Shown: positions 1 through 13,852 of the stretch, in pieces
Position numbering within the stretch: the stretch's first letter is position 1
Layout: each line of letters begins with the position of its first letter
DNA from: Antedon mediterranea
Taxonomy: Eukaryota; Animalia; Echinodermata
Assembly: GCF_964355755.1 (NCBI RefSeq)
Contig: NC_092670.1
Location: forward strand, 36,692,388 to 36,756,387
Direction: 5' to 3'
DNA length: 64,000 nucleotides
Position numbers and translations under genes: made by a program
Notes under the pieces: generated by a model
Seen by the model: the letters and a program-made list of their open reading frames with translations, nothing else
Database searches by the model: none
Told to the model about the DNA's origin: nothing

Positions 1-74
1 TATTTAGGCTTTGGGCTTATAACCAAGTCAGTATATATGCCTTTGGTTTATAACCAAGTCAGTATCGTACAAAC

Positions 75-3000
75 CTCTTGTGAGCTGATAACAACATTCT
101 GGTTGTTGTATTTACTGGAATATTGAAATGTAATTTTACATGGTCCACTAGCTTCTGGTGCTTTTCGATTCCTGTAAAAAATGTAAATAAAAATGTCTCA
201 GTTTTTCAAAAATATATAATGTTTTTGAAACAACAACGCAACATTGTATTTATTGAAAACTGTTCACCTAAAGTTGAATTGAAAAATAGTGTATATGTAG
301 ACTTTTTTATAACCGAAGACAGTTGTATCATAAAAAACATAGTAGCCAATTACAGTATATTTACAACACATTATGATATAAATTATTATAAAATGACATT
401 ATAAAGGGGACAAATTCAGAATTGATATAAGAAAAATCAATTAAGAAAACCATTCAAAATTCATAAACTTTTGAGAGAGTTATGTATTTTCATGCAATCA
501 GACAATGTATTAAGATGGAAGACATACCTGAAGTATGCAAATCTATTTTCATCTGCCGCCTTCCTAGGATCGCTGCTGTAGCACACGCCACTAAGACACT
601 GCGCATGACGTATTACCATTGTGAAACTTTTGACGTTTACGTTTTGAAGGTTTCCTTTATCTTCTGTTAACACTGTCACACAGAAATCTATAAAAAAAAG
701 GAAGTGTAAAATTATTCAAGTGTCAGATACATCTGTACATGCTCAAATCAAGTAGTGAGCAACAAAACATAATTAGTGGGTAAACAACATAACATCTTGC
801 AATGTATGATATAAATTCTTTAATATTATTCTTAGTTGAGGAAATTTGGATCAGGACCTCTACGAACCCATAAACACAGTGTAATGCCAAAATAAAAACA
901 CCACAATCATTTTGAATAGAGGATAAAGTTCTTTATTGTACACGAGTACAATATATTTACACAGGATCAAAAGCTTTACGTCCTATCCAAAGGATGAGGC
1001 AATGAGATTAAAGCATTGGCTTAAAATATACAAGATGACACAGAAAGGTGTTGAACCTATGCCTCTCACCTGTTAATTACTTCAATTTCATATTTTCACT
1101 CTTTATATATTGCTCTTTTACTTGACTTGGGTGCTATTACAATGGATTTAAATCAGTCAATACCATACATGCACAACATCTATTTTCCTTACCTGGTAGG
1201 ATTCCGCCTGCTAAAATCTTCTTTTCAGTATATGTTACGTCTAGGCTCACAGGTCTCATTGGATCTGGCAAGACTTTCACAGTGAGTGTTGGACTAACAA
1301 TATTTGTCTTTCCAATCAAAACTTTAACGGACAGCTTGTACGTCCCACTAAAAACATTTTTAAAATCAAAACAAAAAAAATTGAACTGTATGTTTAATAA
1401 TAATTTTTAAATAAACTAATAAATTTGCAACAAAAAGGCAATATTTTAATACTGAAATGTGTATGTTATTTATTTGAATGAAAATGATAATTGTTGTATT
1501 GACTGAAGTCATCAGCTTATAGGTGCGTATATATGAGTATCAATATGACATATGTTGACTTCAGCTCTGTCTAACACTATCAAACTTTATATACAAAAAT
1601 AGGATGTGCTCATATATGGACATGATGATGTCATGTAACTACCATATTTGGGCATATAACTACCATATTTGGGGACATTAAACTTTTTTAATAGTATAGA
1701 CAGAGCTTTAGATGATAAGTTTTGCCTCAAAATAATATGCAAATTTAGGGTGGGACCTAATAACAATCAAAAAACCTGATTTGAGAAAAAAAACCATAAA
1801 AGACTACTTACATGCCCGACATAACTTTGTAATCTCCGAAGTCAATGATTCCATTTTTGTCACAAGCAACATTTGGCTTTGCAGACGAACCCAGCTAGAT
1901 TACGATAAAAAGCATGAAAAAATAAGATAAATGGACATTTTGATAGATTGGATCCCTCCAAATTATAAATGTGAACGAGAATCTTAAAGCTCTGTCTACA
2001 CTTTCAAACTAGTTTGACAAAAATAGTTTGATGTGCCCAAATATGGTAGATGGTAGTGATATGACATCATCATGACATTAATAGCCACATCACACTTTTT
2101 TTGTCAAACTAGTTTGATAGTGTAGACAAAGTTTCAATTACAATCCATTGTTTTTTTTTTTTTGCTTTTCTAATTTTGGATTCAAATCCTTTCAGATACC
2201 AGTATTACAAAATATCAAGTTAAGATCAAATCAGTAGCATCTTGTTTGTATGCGTCTTGTAAATGGATTACTGAACATCTAGATTTACCTGAAGGCCAGA
2301 TGAGGGATTAAGACTCGCTTTCACGTTAATGTATGATGGCGGATTGCCAGATTCATCAGTAAGTTGAAGCGAGATTGGTTTTCCGAACCATGATTCCGAG
2401 TGAAGAATAATTGGCTGAAACGAAAATATAATTAATTCTTTGCCATTAATTGATATTGGTCTGACAAAACATACTAGCATTAAGATTATCATTACTTAAA
2501 TACATAGACTATTAAACTATGCAATGGGTTAAAGAAACATACTGTTTAGGAGCCACTGTAATACTCAGTTCCTAATGTATGGCCCTAAAGGCTTTCAAAC
2601 AATTTATGATGGAAAGCATGAATATACTTACTTCAGCTGGAGTAAAGTGGACAAATTTAAGCTTGCTTGGGAGACCAGGATCAATTGTAAGCTTGACATA
2701 GTCAGTTAAGCCACAGTAAGTCAGCGTAATCTCACGTTGTCCAAGCGTGTCTCCTGTAAATCGAATGTTCTTTAACACAAAGCCGACATTCTGCAAAAGA
2801 GCCCTCTGGAGTTGTCTTGGGTTAAGGTTCTCTGAAGTGACTTCCAACTGGCTCAGAGCTCCATGAGGTAACTGTGAGTTAAAATAAAGTTGAATGAACA
2901 CAGAATACCAGAAAGAATATGGTGAACAAAGCCTGTATTGATGAATTCATTTACTGAAGGGAATAAGTTTACCATCTTAGGAATAAGTTTACCGGCCTAG

Positions 3001-6000
3001 GAATAAGTTTAGCATCCTAGGAATAAGTTTATCGGCCTAGGAATAAGTTTACCGGCCTAGGAATACGTTTACCAGCCCAGAAATAGGTTTACCAGCCTAG
3101 AAAAAGTTTACCAGCCTTAGGAATAAGTTTACCAGCCTAGGAATAAGTTTACCGGCCTAGGAATAAGCTTACCAACATAGAAATAACTTTACCATACACA
3201 AATATATGACCCAATATTGTATCATTGTTGTTGTATCATTGTTCCAAGGTACAGTATAAGGCTATGTTTTGGGGTAGGTTGTGAGGTTTCATTTTTAATG
3301 AATTTATAATATACTATATTTTTTCATATTTGCTTTATACTGTAAGTAAAAAGTTATTCCTACCTTCTTAATTGGATTTGAATGTTGGTCAGTGACACTA
3401 ACTATGATTTCACCTTCCCAAACTTCACCTAAACGTACACTTTTAGGCCCCTTGGCAGTGGCTTTTAACAATGCCGCTTCCCCAGCATTAGGCCTAAAAA
3501 CAAAATAAGAGTGTTAAGCAGTTTAAAACTTACAATTTCTGGTGCATCTATGTGTAGGCAGCACTCATATGGTGTTGTAAGATTATATCACCCTTAACTG
3601 CTCGAATAAGCAGTTATGGGAAACATTAGTCATAGATACTTAGTAGAATACCTACGTGAAATATATTTAAAATTGGGACAAGGGTGCCAGGCTCCAACAG
3701 TCTGTGTTAATGGCTTTTTTAGGCCAGTCTCTTCATTAACCATACATGGAAGTGTACCATGTTTTAAAATACAACAGATAGGTCTAGTTAACTCGGGCTC
3801 GGGCCAGCTAACTACGGCTAACTGCCTCCGTTGGTTTGATTAGGAAAAATAACAGATCATTAAAGCACGGTTCCTACTAGAGACGCAACCAATCAGAAGT
3901 GAAGCTCGGATAACCCATCGCTTGTGATTGGTCAAACCAAGCATTAGGGAAAGGCTTCAACAAACCTCCATACTTACTTTACTGTAAAAGAGAACTCAAC
4001 ACCAGAACCATCGCTCAGGCTTACTTCGCAGTATTTTGGGTCTAAGATGGAATCAGGAACTTTCAAGTTTGGTAGACGTCCTTCCAAAAGCAGGTCCTTG
4101 TTAAATCTTGGTAACCAACTTACTTTGATCTTATCCGCTAGTTCTTTCGTCATCGTAAGGTGGCGCTTTCCCTCATCGAACAATGCAAACACTGTGGGAA
4201 ATTGTGTACATTTTGGTGAAGATGGGAGTAATTGGTAACAAATGGTGGAGCAGTTAGGTTAGGGACGCCGTTTACCGTACCTAAAGAGCCAAAAATATCA
4301 GCAAGGGTTCGAGGCCTTTGCTTTCAACACTGCCTGTGACAGTGATAGTGTCAACATTATAAAAAAGAAATAAACAATCTTACTAAGGTCTGTGATGTGC
4401 TCTCCAGCAGTTCTGTTGAGCTCTTGCAGAGGTAATAACTTCTCCAGTTTACCATCTGGTTTTGTGAAGAAGACATCAAGGAAACAGGGCTGACAGCTAG
4501 GTATGATGGTGATTGATTGCTCAAATGCTGGCACATTTTTAAAATTCTAAAATATATTAAGTAAATTTGCATATTGGCAAATATATGTGAAGCTCTGTCT
4601 AGACTACCAAACTTCTTTATGGCTATGGCTATTGACAATGTCAATAGTTTTACATTCATCTGAATGATGGATGAAACTAAGTCAGGACTGTTTAAAGCAC
4701 CTTGATTGGTCCTATCATTGATCAAGGGCTTCTCTCATCCAGTGCCCACTTTAACCAGGGGAAAGGCATGGGCCAATACGTCTGAGCCCGATACTAGATG
4801 CAGGGGCTGTCATAAAAGTCAGTAGTGCTGATTTAAAATGCCTAATGCTCCGTATACAGCATCCGACATTGCTTAACTTCGGTTCATAACTATAGGCCTA
4901 TCCACCATTTTATTGTTTTTTAAGTAAGCTACATCTACCTAACACAGATCAAGTACTGTACAACGGTTCTTGAGTTAATAATTAAAGTCTATAGTAACAG
5001 CTAAAAAATGTGGTAGAACACAGGTTATGACTACATCACATCTATCAATGAATTTAGATATATGCCAGTTCGCTCTCTATCCCAATGAGTATATTGTCCC
5101 CAGCAAACAATTCAACAACAAAAAATCCAGTCAAAACTTGTACATTATATATATCTCTTTAAAAATAAATATATTTTCTAAATAGTCTATTATTAAAAAT
5201 GTATTTTTTTTTGTTAAATGCCATTTTAATCGAAAAAACTGCAAAAAATTGTCAAACTGGCTGCCAGCCAATGGGTTTTTGGTTGAATTTGACCATTTAT
5301 TTATATGAGAAAACAGAAGGGATTACATTTATAAAAACTACAAATAACCTATTCAAAGTCAATTTTAATCAATCTTAATTAATAAATACATCTTTAATTA
5401 GTACATAACAGACAATAACTTACACTTAGTTCAATTCTTGCAGTGATCTTCTGTGGTTTTTTGATGTTTTTAATAAATAGAATATTTCCTGACAATGTGC
5501 CTTTACCCGTATTACTACAATCAGCATTGTATGTTGGCAACGATCCTGCACCAAGAAACTGTCAAGAAAAGATTCAAATATTAAAGTATTTCAACATTTT
5601 TGGCGCACAGTCATCTAAAAAGATATATATAGATTTGAGTGAATAATGACATAATGCATAATTTAATAATTATTAAATTATTTCAATATTTATTTTTAAA
5701 ATAATGTTGATATTGAAAATGTGTGTAGTTGTTGTAGATGCTTTAATTGTAGAACGTAATTTTGTAGTCTGTTTTGGTTTCTTGCTGTGCTCCCTTCTGG
5801 GTTGACCAACTAGCATAGGTGTTTAGCACCTGTTTGGTCTTTCTTTGCCTTTTTTATTTTTGTCTTCTTTGTAATGTATATGGCAGAAAAAAGTGGGTCA
5901 TTTTGAAGTATCATAATAGTTATTAACTTTCACCAAAAATTAGTCAAAAAAAAATAATTTAAAACTGAAATACAGATGTTTTTTTGTTCAAAAAATAACT

Positions 6001-9000
6001 TTGACCTCCAGTCAAAGTTTTCGATCAAAACATATCTCATAATGCAAAGCGCTTGTTTGGCTAATCTGTGTATGCATAATCATAAAACTTCTTCGCGATC
6101 TGTGTGAAAACACCTTCTCAACTCTGACGAGTTGTAAACAATGCTAATTAACATATCATGCATAATGCATACTCGTGGTTTGAAATCTTTGTTTACTTTC
6201 GCTCGCTCGCGACAAGTTTCCAGATGAACTGTAATCAAACTAATTTACCTGTTAATCACGTAAACTTGTTGTTTTTGGGTCAAATTTTCGATATGGCCAA
6301 TTTAAATTTAAAATATTTTGACATTCAATTTTTTTGTTTCAAGGGACAATAAACATCTTTAAGTATAGGCTAGGTAATAGACTGGAGCTGTAGCTTGGTG
6401 GTTAACATGCTTGCCTTCCAATACCAAAGCTCAGGGTTCATTCCTGACCTAGTGTGGTTCTAACCACTCCTTAAGCCTTAAATGCGACTTAGTTTATAAG
6501 CACTATAAATTGTTTATCCATCCTGTAATTAGCAAGTTTTGGCCAGAACTTGGTACACTATTCGAAAAGAGTAGGAGATCATCTCCTGGTGTACTGATGT
6601 AGTAGGCACTGCCATCGGTCCGAATCCGAATTTCCTCAGTTTCCAGTTAAGCTTGAGGACCAGAATAATAAATTTAATATTTAACATTTTTAACATGTAA
6701 ATGTGTATGAAAATAGATCCTTGCAATCGACCACTGAAACACTTACCTTACAAACAACATTCAGTTTAGGTTGTACTGTTATATTTCCAGCAGCGTCGTG
6801 TATCTCAACATTAAACAACACTGGTTTACCATTCTCAAGCTCAATCTCTTCGTCTTGCCGGTTGGATACGTGTATCAAAGATGGCCACCCTTCAATGAAA
6901 TAAATACATATAACAGACATACTTGTAATTTTGTTTATAATTTCAATAACCCAATTCGTAGACTTCGTTCAAAATGAATGTTCAATTTTCCCATGTTAGT
7001 GTCTGTAAGAATGGTATTTTTTGTAGAATTTTGTTAGTTTTAACAACGGTGTTTTACAAAATCCTGAATTAGATATCTTTTATTGTACCGTTTCTAAGTT
7101 TAACTATATTGTACATGAATTAGTTAACACTGCTGCCAATCTATAGATTAGATTAACTATTAGGCTTTTATTTTTATATGTGTATTTTTATATTATATTT
7201 TCATACTGTAATTGGTATATACACTGTTGGATGTGAAAGAAAAAAAAAAAATAAAAAAAAAATACAAATACAATTTCTTTACCTGGGAGAAGCCTAAATT
7301 TCATGGTTTCACATGGGCTGTCCACCAAACTTGGCAGAGTAATGTTGAAGCTGTAGTCCTTTCCTAAGGGGCTGTCCACACACGCAATGGCTTTGACATC
7401 CTTAATTAAGAGTGTGGTACCTTTTACCACGGTAGTATCGTATTCCACGGTGATACCACTACAAGAAACACCATCGATTTATTGAATTTGACATTATTAT
7501 GGATAAACAACAGGTTATTCTACATGCACATAAAGATGGGGAAACAGTAAGCCTTGAGAGCAAGAAGGCATTATGAAATTGAGCTGGCATGTGAGTTTGG
7601 GCTGCAATGTTTGTGTCTTAATAAAAAATGGTTAAAAACTCCAATGCATATTAGCAAGATAAAGAACAAGCATTATTTGAAAAGAGTAAGTGGACAATTG
7701 CACTTTTTTTAATTCAGCTCAACTCAAGAATATTTTAGCAATAAGTTAGCAAAAAAAAATATTTTGGCACAAATATCGAGCTGGAACTAGTTATCCGACA
7801 TAACCGACCACACTATGTGGGATCGTGGAATTTGCTTAGTTTCAAATTAAACTGGAAGCCATTAAATACATTGTATATGCTATTCACTTGCAAAGTTAAA
7901 AACACATCTTTATAAATAGTAATGGTTTCAACAATACCTTGCTTCAAGTACAGGTGTCAGATCAGAAGTTGGTTTGGTTTGATTACCAAATTTATCATGA
8001 ACTTTTAATGGAATGTTAAACGGTACACCGACACGGAAAGGCGGCTCTAGCATCCCTACGCTAAACTTAGTAGGCGGACCCTCTGAAAAAAGGAAGAGAA
8101 ATCAAAATAGTGTGTGATATTAGATTGTTAATTGAAAGCAACATTGGGGCTAAACGCTAATGCTACTTGGAACTTGTAGTCCATGGAGGTTGGTTATCAA
8201 AAGATAAAAGACTAGGATGGAATGCAACGACGCAAGCATAAATACAAGTGAGTTGATCAATGGCAAGTGAAAGTTGGAATAAAATATAGCTTGTGATTGG
8301 TCAAATTACTTAGAAATTGCATTGTATCCTAGTGGGAACCAATATTAAGTTTAGCTACTGAGTGTAAAAAATCTTTTTAAAGTCGGCTAACTAAAGCCAC
8401 AGCAGTCTTAAGCTCTGTCTACACTATCAAACTTTATGTGATGTGCCCATATATGGACATGATGATGTCATATCACTACCATATTTAAGCATATCACTAC
8501 CAAATTTGGGCACATCAGATTTTTTGTCAAACTAGTTTGATGGTGTAGACAGAGGATTAGTATTTTTATGCATACTTTAAAGCAATATTGTTCCACAGAA
8601 TAAAGATTTTTTGTTAAAAATACTAATAGATTAAAATTAAATCCCTTACCAACAACTGCAAATTTAATCTTGTGTGAGGGGAGTGGCTTGCCACCAAACG
8701 ACTCAGCATTACTTTCATTCATAACACACTGTAGCTTCAGCGTATAGTTACCAAGTGCTTTTATGTTCTCTGAAACAAACCATAAATTTGTACAGAAGTC
8801 TTTCTTGGGACAGCCCTATTCAAGGTTTACCTCTATTAAAGGGACACTTTTCATAAAATGAATACGGAAAATGTATGTTTTAAAACTACTGCCCACCTCT
8901 TTTTAGGGGACACCGCTATTCAAGGTATAACCCTATTAAAAGGATACTTTTACATAAAATGAACAAGTGTAATGTATGTTTTAAAACTACAGCCAACCTT

Positions 9001-12000
9001 TATTTAGGGCGAAAACCCCTATTAGGGGGGCACTTTAAAGGTATCCTCTAATAGGGGTTCTGCTGTATATATCACCTTTACAAGTAAAGATTCATGAAAA
9101 ATAAATTTTGTTCAACTTACCCATTTTTCTAAACCAATACGATGTCCATTTCTTACCATACTGGCTAATATAAGACACAATTTCTTCATCTCTTGTGGAA
9201 GCTAAAAAATAAATAAATGTTGTGAGGACTTTAAAGGAAATGGAATCAGTATACTGTTTTGTACATTGCATTACAATACATGATTTTTAATGAGTGAGGA
9301 TGAATTGTGTAGGGAAAGGTTTCTCCATCACATCTTAGATGCAGGATAATCTAGATATGCATGATGTCATTCAACCCTCAATGAAGAAATGAGTTCAAGA
9401 TACTAATATAAACGGTAACTTTGAATGCCTATAGTGGGTTTATTTATTGTAAAAATGGACTGAACCAAGATTACAATAGAAATGCATTAAAGCTCTGTCT
9501 ACACTATCAAACTAATTTGACAAAAAAGTGTGATATCTTCAAATACGGTAGTGATATGCCCAAATATGGTAGTGATATGACATCATCATGTCCATATATG
9601 GGCACATCACATTTTGTTGTCACATAAAGTTTGATAGTGTAGACAAGACTTAAAGTAAAATACCATGTAAGATGATTTTCAATTCAACAAGCAGACGTTT
9701 AGAAGAGTGCTGTGATCCTGGTAGTTTGGAAATTGCATCACCATTGCGGTTCAGTATCTCTATTTGTATTGCGCCTGTAAAACAGAGAAAGCATTTAACC
9801 ATAGGGAGTGATTGGCCGAGCGGTTAAGACAGTGGAATCGTAGTCTATAGCCTTATGGCAAGTGTTTGAGGCTTACTCGCTACATGGTTGTGGTGGTAGA
9901 ACAAGTCTTCTCGGCTAAGGACTATAAACCGTAGGTCCAGTGTACCTAGTATGTCGTTCAAGACAAGTAGGGCGTTCCCCCGGTGTACTAGCTCACGCAG
10001 CATTATATAAATACATTTATAACTTTATATCTTTTTAAAAATTAATGCCATAAATTATCTCCACTACTTATAAGGTCTCACAACATGTTTTTCAAGTCTC
10101 CATTTCTTTGGCTAGACAGGTCTATACTGGTTGTTTAAATTTGCCTCAAATTCCAGGTTAGTACTCTGGAATCAAGACCATCTTATGATTGTCACAGGTC
10201 TATATTGGTTGTATCATTTTGCCTCAAATTCCAGATTACTAGGCTGGAATCAAGCCCATCAATCTTATGATTGTCACAGGTCTATAATGGTTGTATTACT
10301 TTGCCTCAAATTCCAGATTACTAGGCTGGAATCAAGCCCATCAATTGTATTCCACTTACCAATCTTTTTACCTGCCGGTCGTTTCTCGTTAGGTTGGACA
10401 TCAAATCCTTCTGGCCAGGAGACCATTAGCCTTTCAGGAAGCCTGCAAGAAAACATGAAAGATCTCTAGCGATCTGCCTCTAATTGAAGACCACTTGAAA
10501 CTTTGTATTCATTAGCAATAACCATTGGTTAAAATTGTTCAATATAAAAGGAAAGGGTGTGTTCCAGGAAGCTTTTCTTGTATTCAGATGGGTAGGTAAT
10601 AATTCAAAGGCTTACTTTCCACTTTCATCATCTATGAATTTTTTGCACTGTCTATCTGGTATAACCCGGTCCAATTTACTCAAAGGAAATGACTTCACCA
10701 TGTCATACAGCATTGCAGGTTCCTATAACAAATAAAGTGGAACAATTTTATTTCAGTAAGGTTAACTGGAGTGAGTCGCCGAGCGGTTAAAACAGTGGAA
10801 CTGTAATTACGCAGCCATAACATCGGCTCCATGGTTCTGGTGGTAAAACAAGTCTTCTCGAATAAGGACTCATGTCCAATCGACACATCTAGCTCATGTG
10901 CTCTTTAAAGAACCTAGACCAATTCTTAATTGGTTATTAATTTTTGATTAATTAATCATAAATATTCAACAATTCAAAAGTCGTTGATTAATCTATCATC
11001 ATTATTTGTTGATTAATCAGAAAAAACTAAAATGTTTTACATACTTGGCGGACCTCAACATCTCCACCAGTTGCGAACACATCTTCGTTATAGTCACCAA
11101 ACAACATGAATCGTTGAATACTACCATAAATTATTGGATTCGTTCGAGTCGTCCGCATCTAAAAACAAAATTGATTTTTAGTGATTTAGTTTGGACACAA
11201 ATGAATTATGATCTTTACCCTTATTTTGTAAATTTTCAAATTGAAAGTATTTTTACACAGTAAAATGTTAGTGTTAAAATCTATAAATGATTTCTAAAAT
11301 CAAGCCTCTAGCCAGGGAGGTTACTTTTTATCCACAAAAGGAGCAAACATCGTGACAAACTAGGTTAGCTAGTCATAGTTTACATTACTTCCACTGCTGG
11401 TCTCAAGCTGAAAAGTGCACTAAAGAGGGGTTTATTTGAACCTTTGAATGCCCTCCTGGCTTGGACATTATTAAATGAAAAATTAAAGATGTCAAAATGG
11501 AGAGGAGTTTAACTTGAAGATCCCATGAGCAATTGAAATGATGGGTACCATCTCTTGTATGTTAAAGTGAAAACTCGGCAATTTATGGTGACGGTGCAAA
11601 ATTGTAAATCTCACAATTGTTCTGAAATCATGTACTTCCTAAATACGTCTAGTTTACTTTTTTAAATAATTTTTTTTTAAAATAGGGTTTTTTCACTTTC
11701 TCATGATGAGATGGACTTAAAATATGGTTCTCGGTAAAGTTTTCCTTTAATAAATTAGGTCTTTTTAACACTAACCAGTTGTCCCTGTTTAAATACTTTG
11801 CCATCCCACTCTATGTTCTTATACACAGCCCATGGTGATTGCCTTTTAAGAGGTAGGTCCTTCCTGGTTGTTTTACCACTATATCCGCTGAATTTAATTT
11901 GTTTATCTAGTTTACGATGACACTCCTTTAGCCACTCTGTGAACTCTTTATCGATGTTTGCACGTTGAGGCTAAAAAATATAAGATACAAGATAAGGGTG

Positions 12001-13821
12001 AGGGCGTGTGGACTACTGATCATGAGATCTAGGTTCAAATCCAACTCTCGCCACATTGCTTGTATCCGCAAGATACTTTACTTTACACCCAGGTGTGTAA
12101 ATGGGTATTCAGTTTAGATCAAGACACAATCTTGTGCTGATTACTAGCTGCATTATGGGAGTATGTTTCCATACGTGTTTGATAACAAAAAAATGACTGG
12201 GGTAATAATGTTCAGCGCTTAGAGGTTTCACAACATTAGGCGCTATATAAATCCAGGATATTATTATATTATTATTATGCATATTAATCTCTGAAATACA
12301 AAAATATAAATATTATCATTGGGTTAAATTTTGATTTAATGATAGGAATAAAAGCATTGAAATAAAGGAAAACTGCTGTTGATTATAAATTTGAAACTCA
12401 ATGCTAAATATAACTTGTTATAATACAAACAATACATCTGTATATCCACTAATTGTAGATCTTTTATGTACTCACCAGTCCGGCAATAACCTTTTCAAAA
12501 ATGGTATTATTATCCCGTAGTCGCACCTCCAAATCACTAAAGGTCAGTTTGTTTGTGCTAACTTGGAACATGTCATTTGTCCACAGCACGCCTGACAGCC
12601 GGTTGAAGCACTCCACTGGAATCGGGCCACGCTTTTTTGGTGGTGCACACCAATCAAAACTACAATAAAAACATTAAACTAGATTTGAACTCGTCACTTC
12701 GGACGAGTTAGGTTATCCGCAGCGCAAAAGCCACGTGCACGTCATACGTTAGAATATTGCGCGCAGAAAAACGATTACGCCATTGAAAAAATGTTAGTGC
12801 GTTCTCTACTTTGCGTCACGTCTAAGTGTATACGGTATACACTATATACTGTATACGTACTACATACAGTGCAGAATAGGTGAAAAGAAGTGACCAAAGT
12901 TATTGACGCTTTTGAACATGATGACGTAATAACAATTAAAAAAATTATAAATCATGCGAAAGATAATTGATTGACCTAGACAAAATAAAAAATTTGAGGG
13001 AAATGGAATACGCATAAGTGGAGATGCGCTCTATTAAATGTGACGAGCTATGACGAAAGAGACAAAAATCCTATATTTCATATTCGAGTGGCCAAACGAT
13101 GACGTCACAATGTCCGGTTAGCCATATCGATGCATGATTCAAGAAAAAAAACTCATCTACTTCCAGAATGTGTAATTTTAAAAAAGTTCACCACGTAGTT
13201 TAGAATTTATGACTGTTTAAAAAAAGGTCTAATTTTGACAAATTTTTGAAGTTTTTCATCAAAAACGGGCGCAAATTATCCAATTCTACGTGCTCGTGTG
13301 ACGTGATTTTAAGTCGAAATTGATTGAAAATTGATAAATTGACTAGAAAAGGCTGAAAAAACAAAAAACAAGCAAAAAAAAGATGTTTTTGCGCTACGTG
13401 CGCACGCGCGCGTAACAAAATTGCGCACGCGTGGGAATTTTTGAAATGCTCAAAATGACATGAAACGCGTAGAAAGTTGATTAGAAATTGATTTTTCGTA
13501 TTTTGAAATTTTAAACGCACGTGCGCGCGTAACTTTCTGTAAAACATGCCATTTTCTCTCCATAGAAAGTTAGCGCATGATATGACTTAAATTTGCACCA
13601 AGTTTCAATAGAAAATGACTTTTAGTTTTTAATCTATGATCAATCATTGAAATTCTTAAAATCGCACGTAACTTACGCTGCGCATCTCCGAAATCGTCCA
13701 AAAGCTTGGCTGCACATCTACAGCAATAGGTCAATCTTATGACAAAGTTACTCAATCTTATGTTAGCCAGAAGATAGAGATATGCTGCGGACAAAATTCG
13801 TGGAAAGAAAGAAGAACATAG

Positions 13822-13852
<31 letters not shown>

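Noticed and set aside
9803-9885. tRNA gene (also 6384, 10768, 15412)
   Set aside because: A/B-box remnants are present but there is no clean cloverleaf, and each runs into a SINE body.
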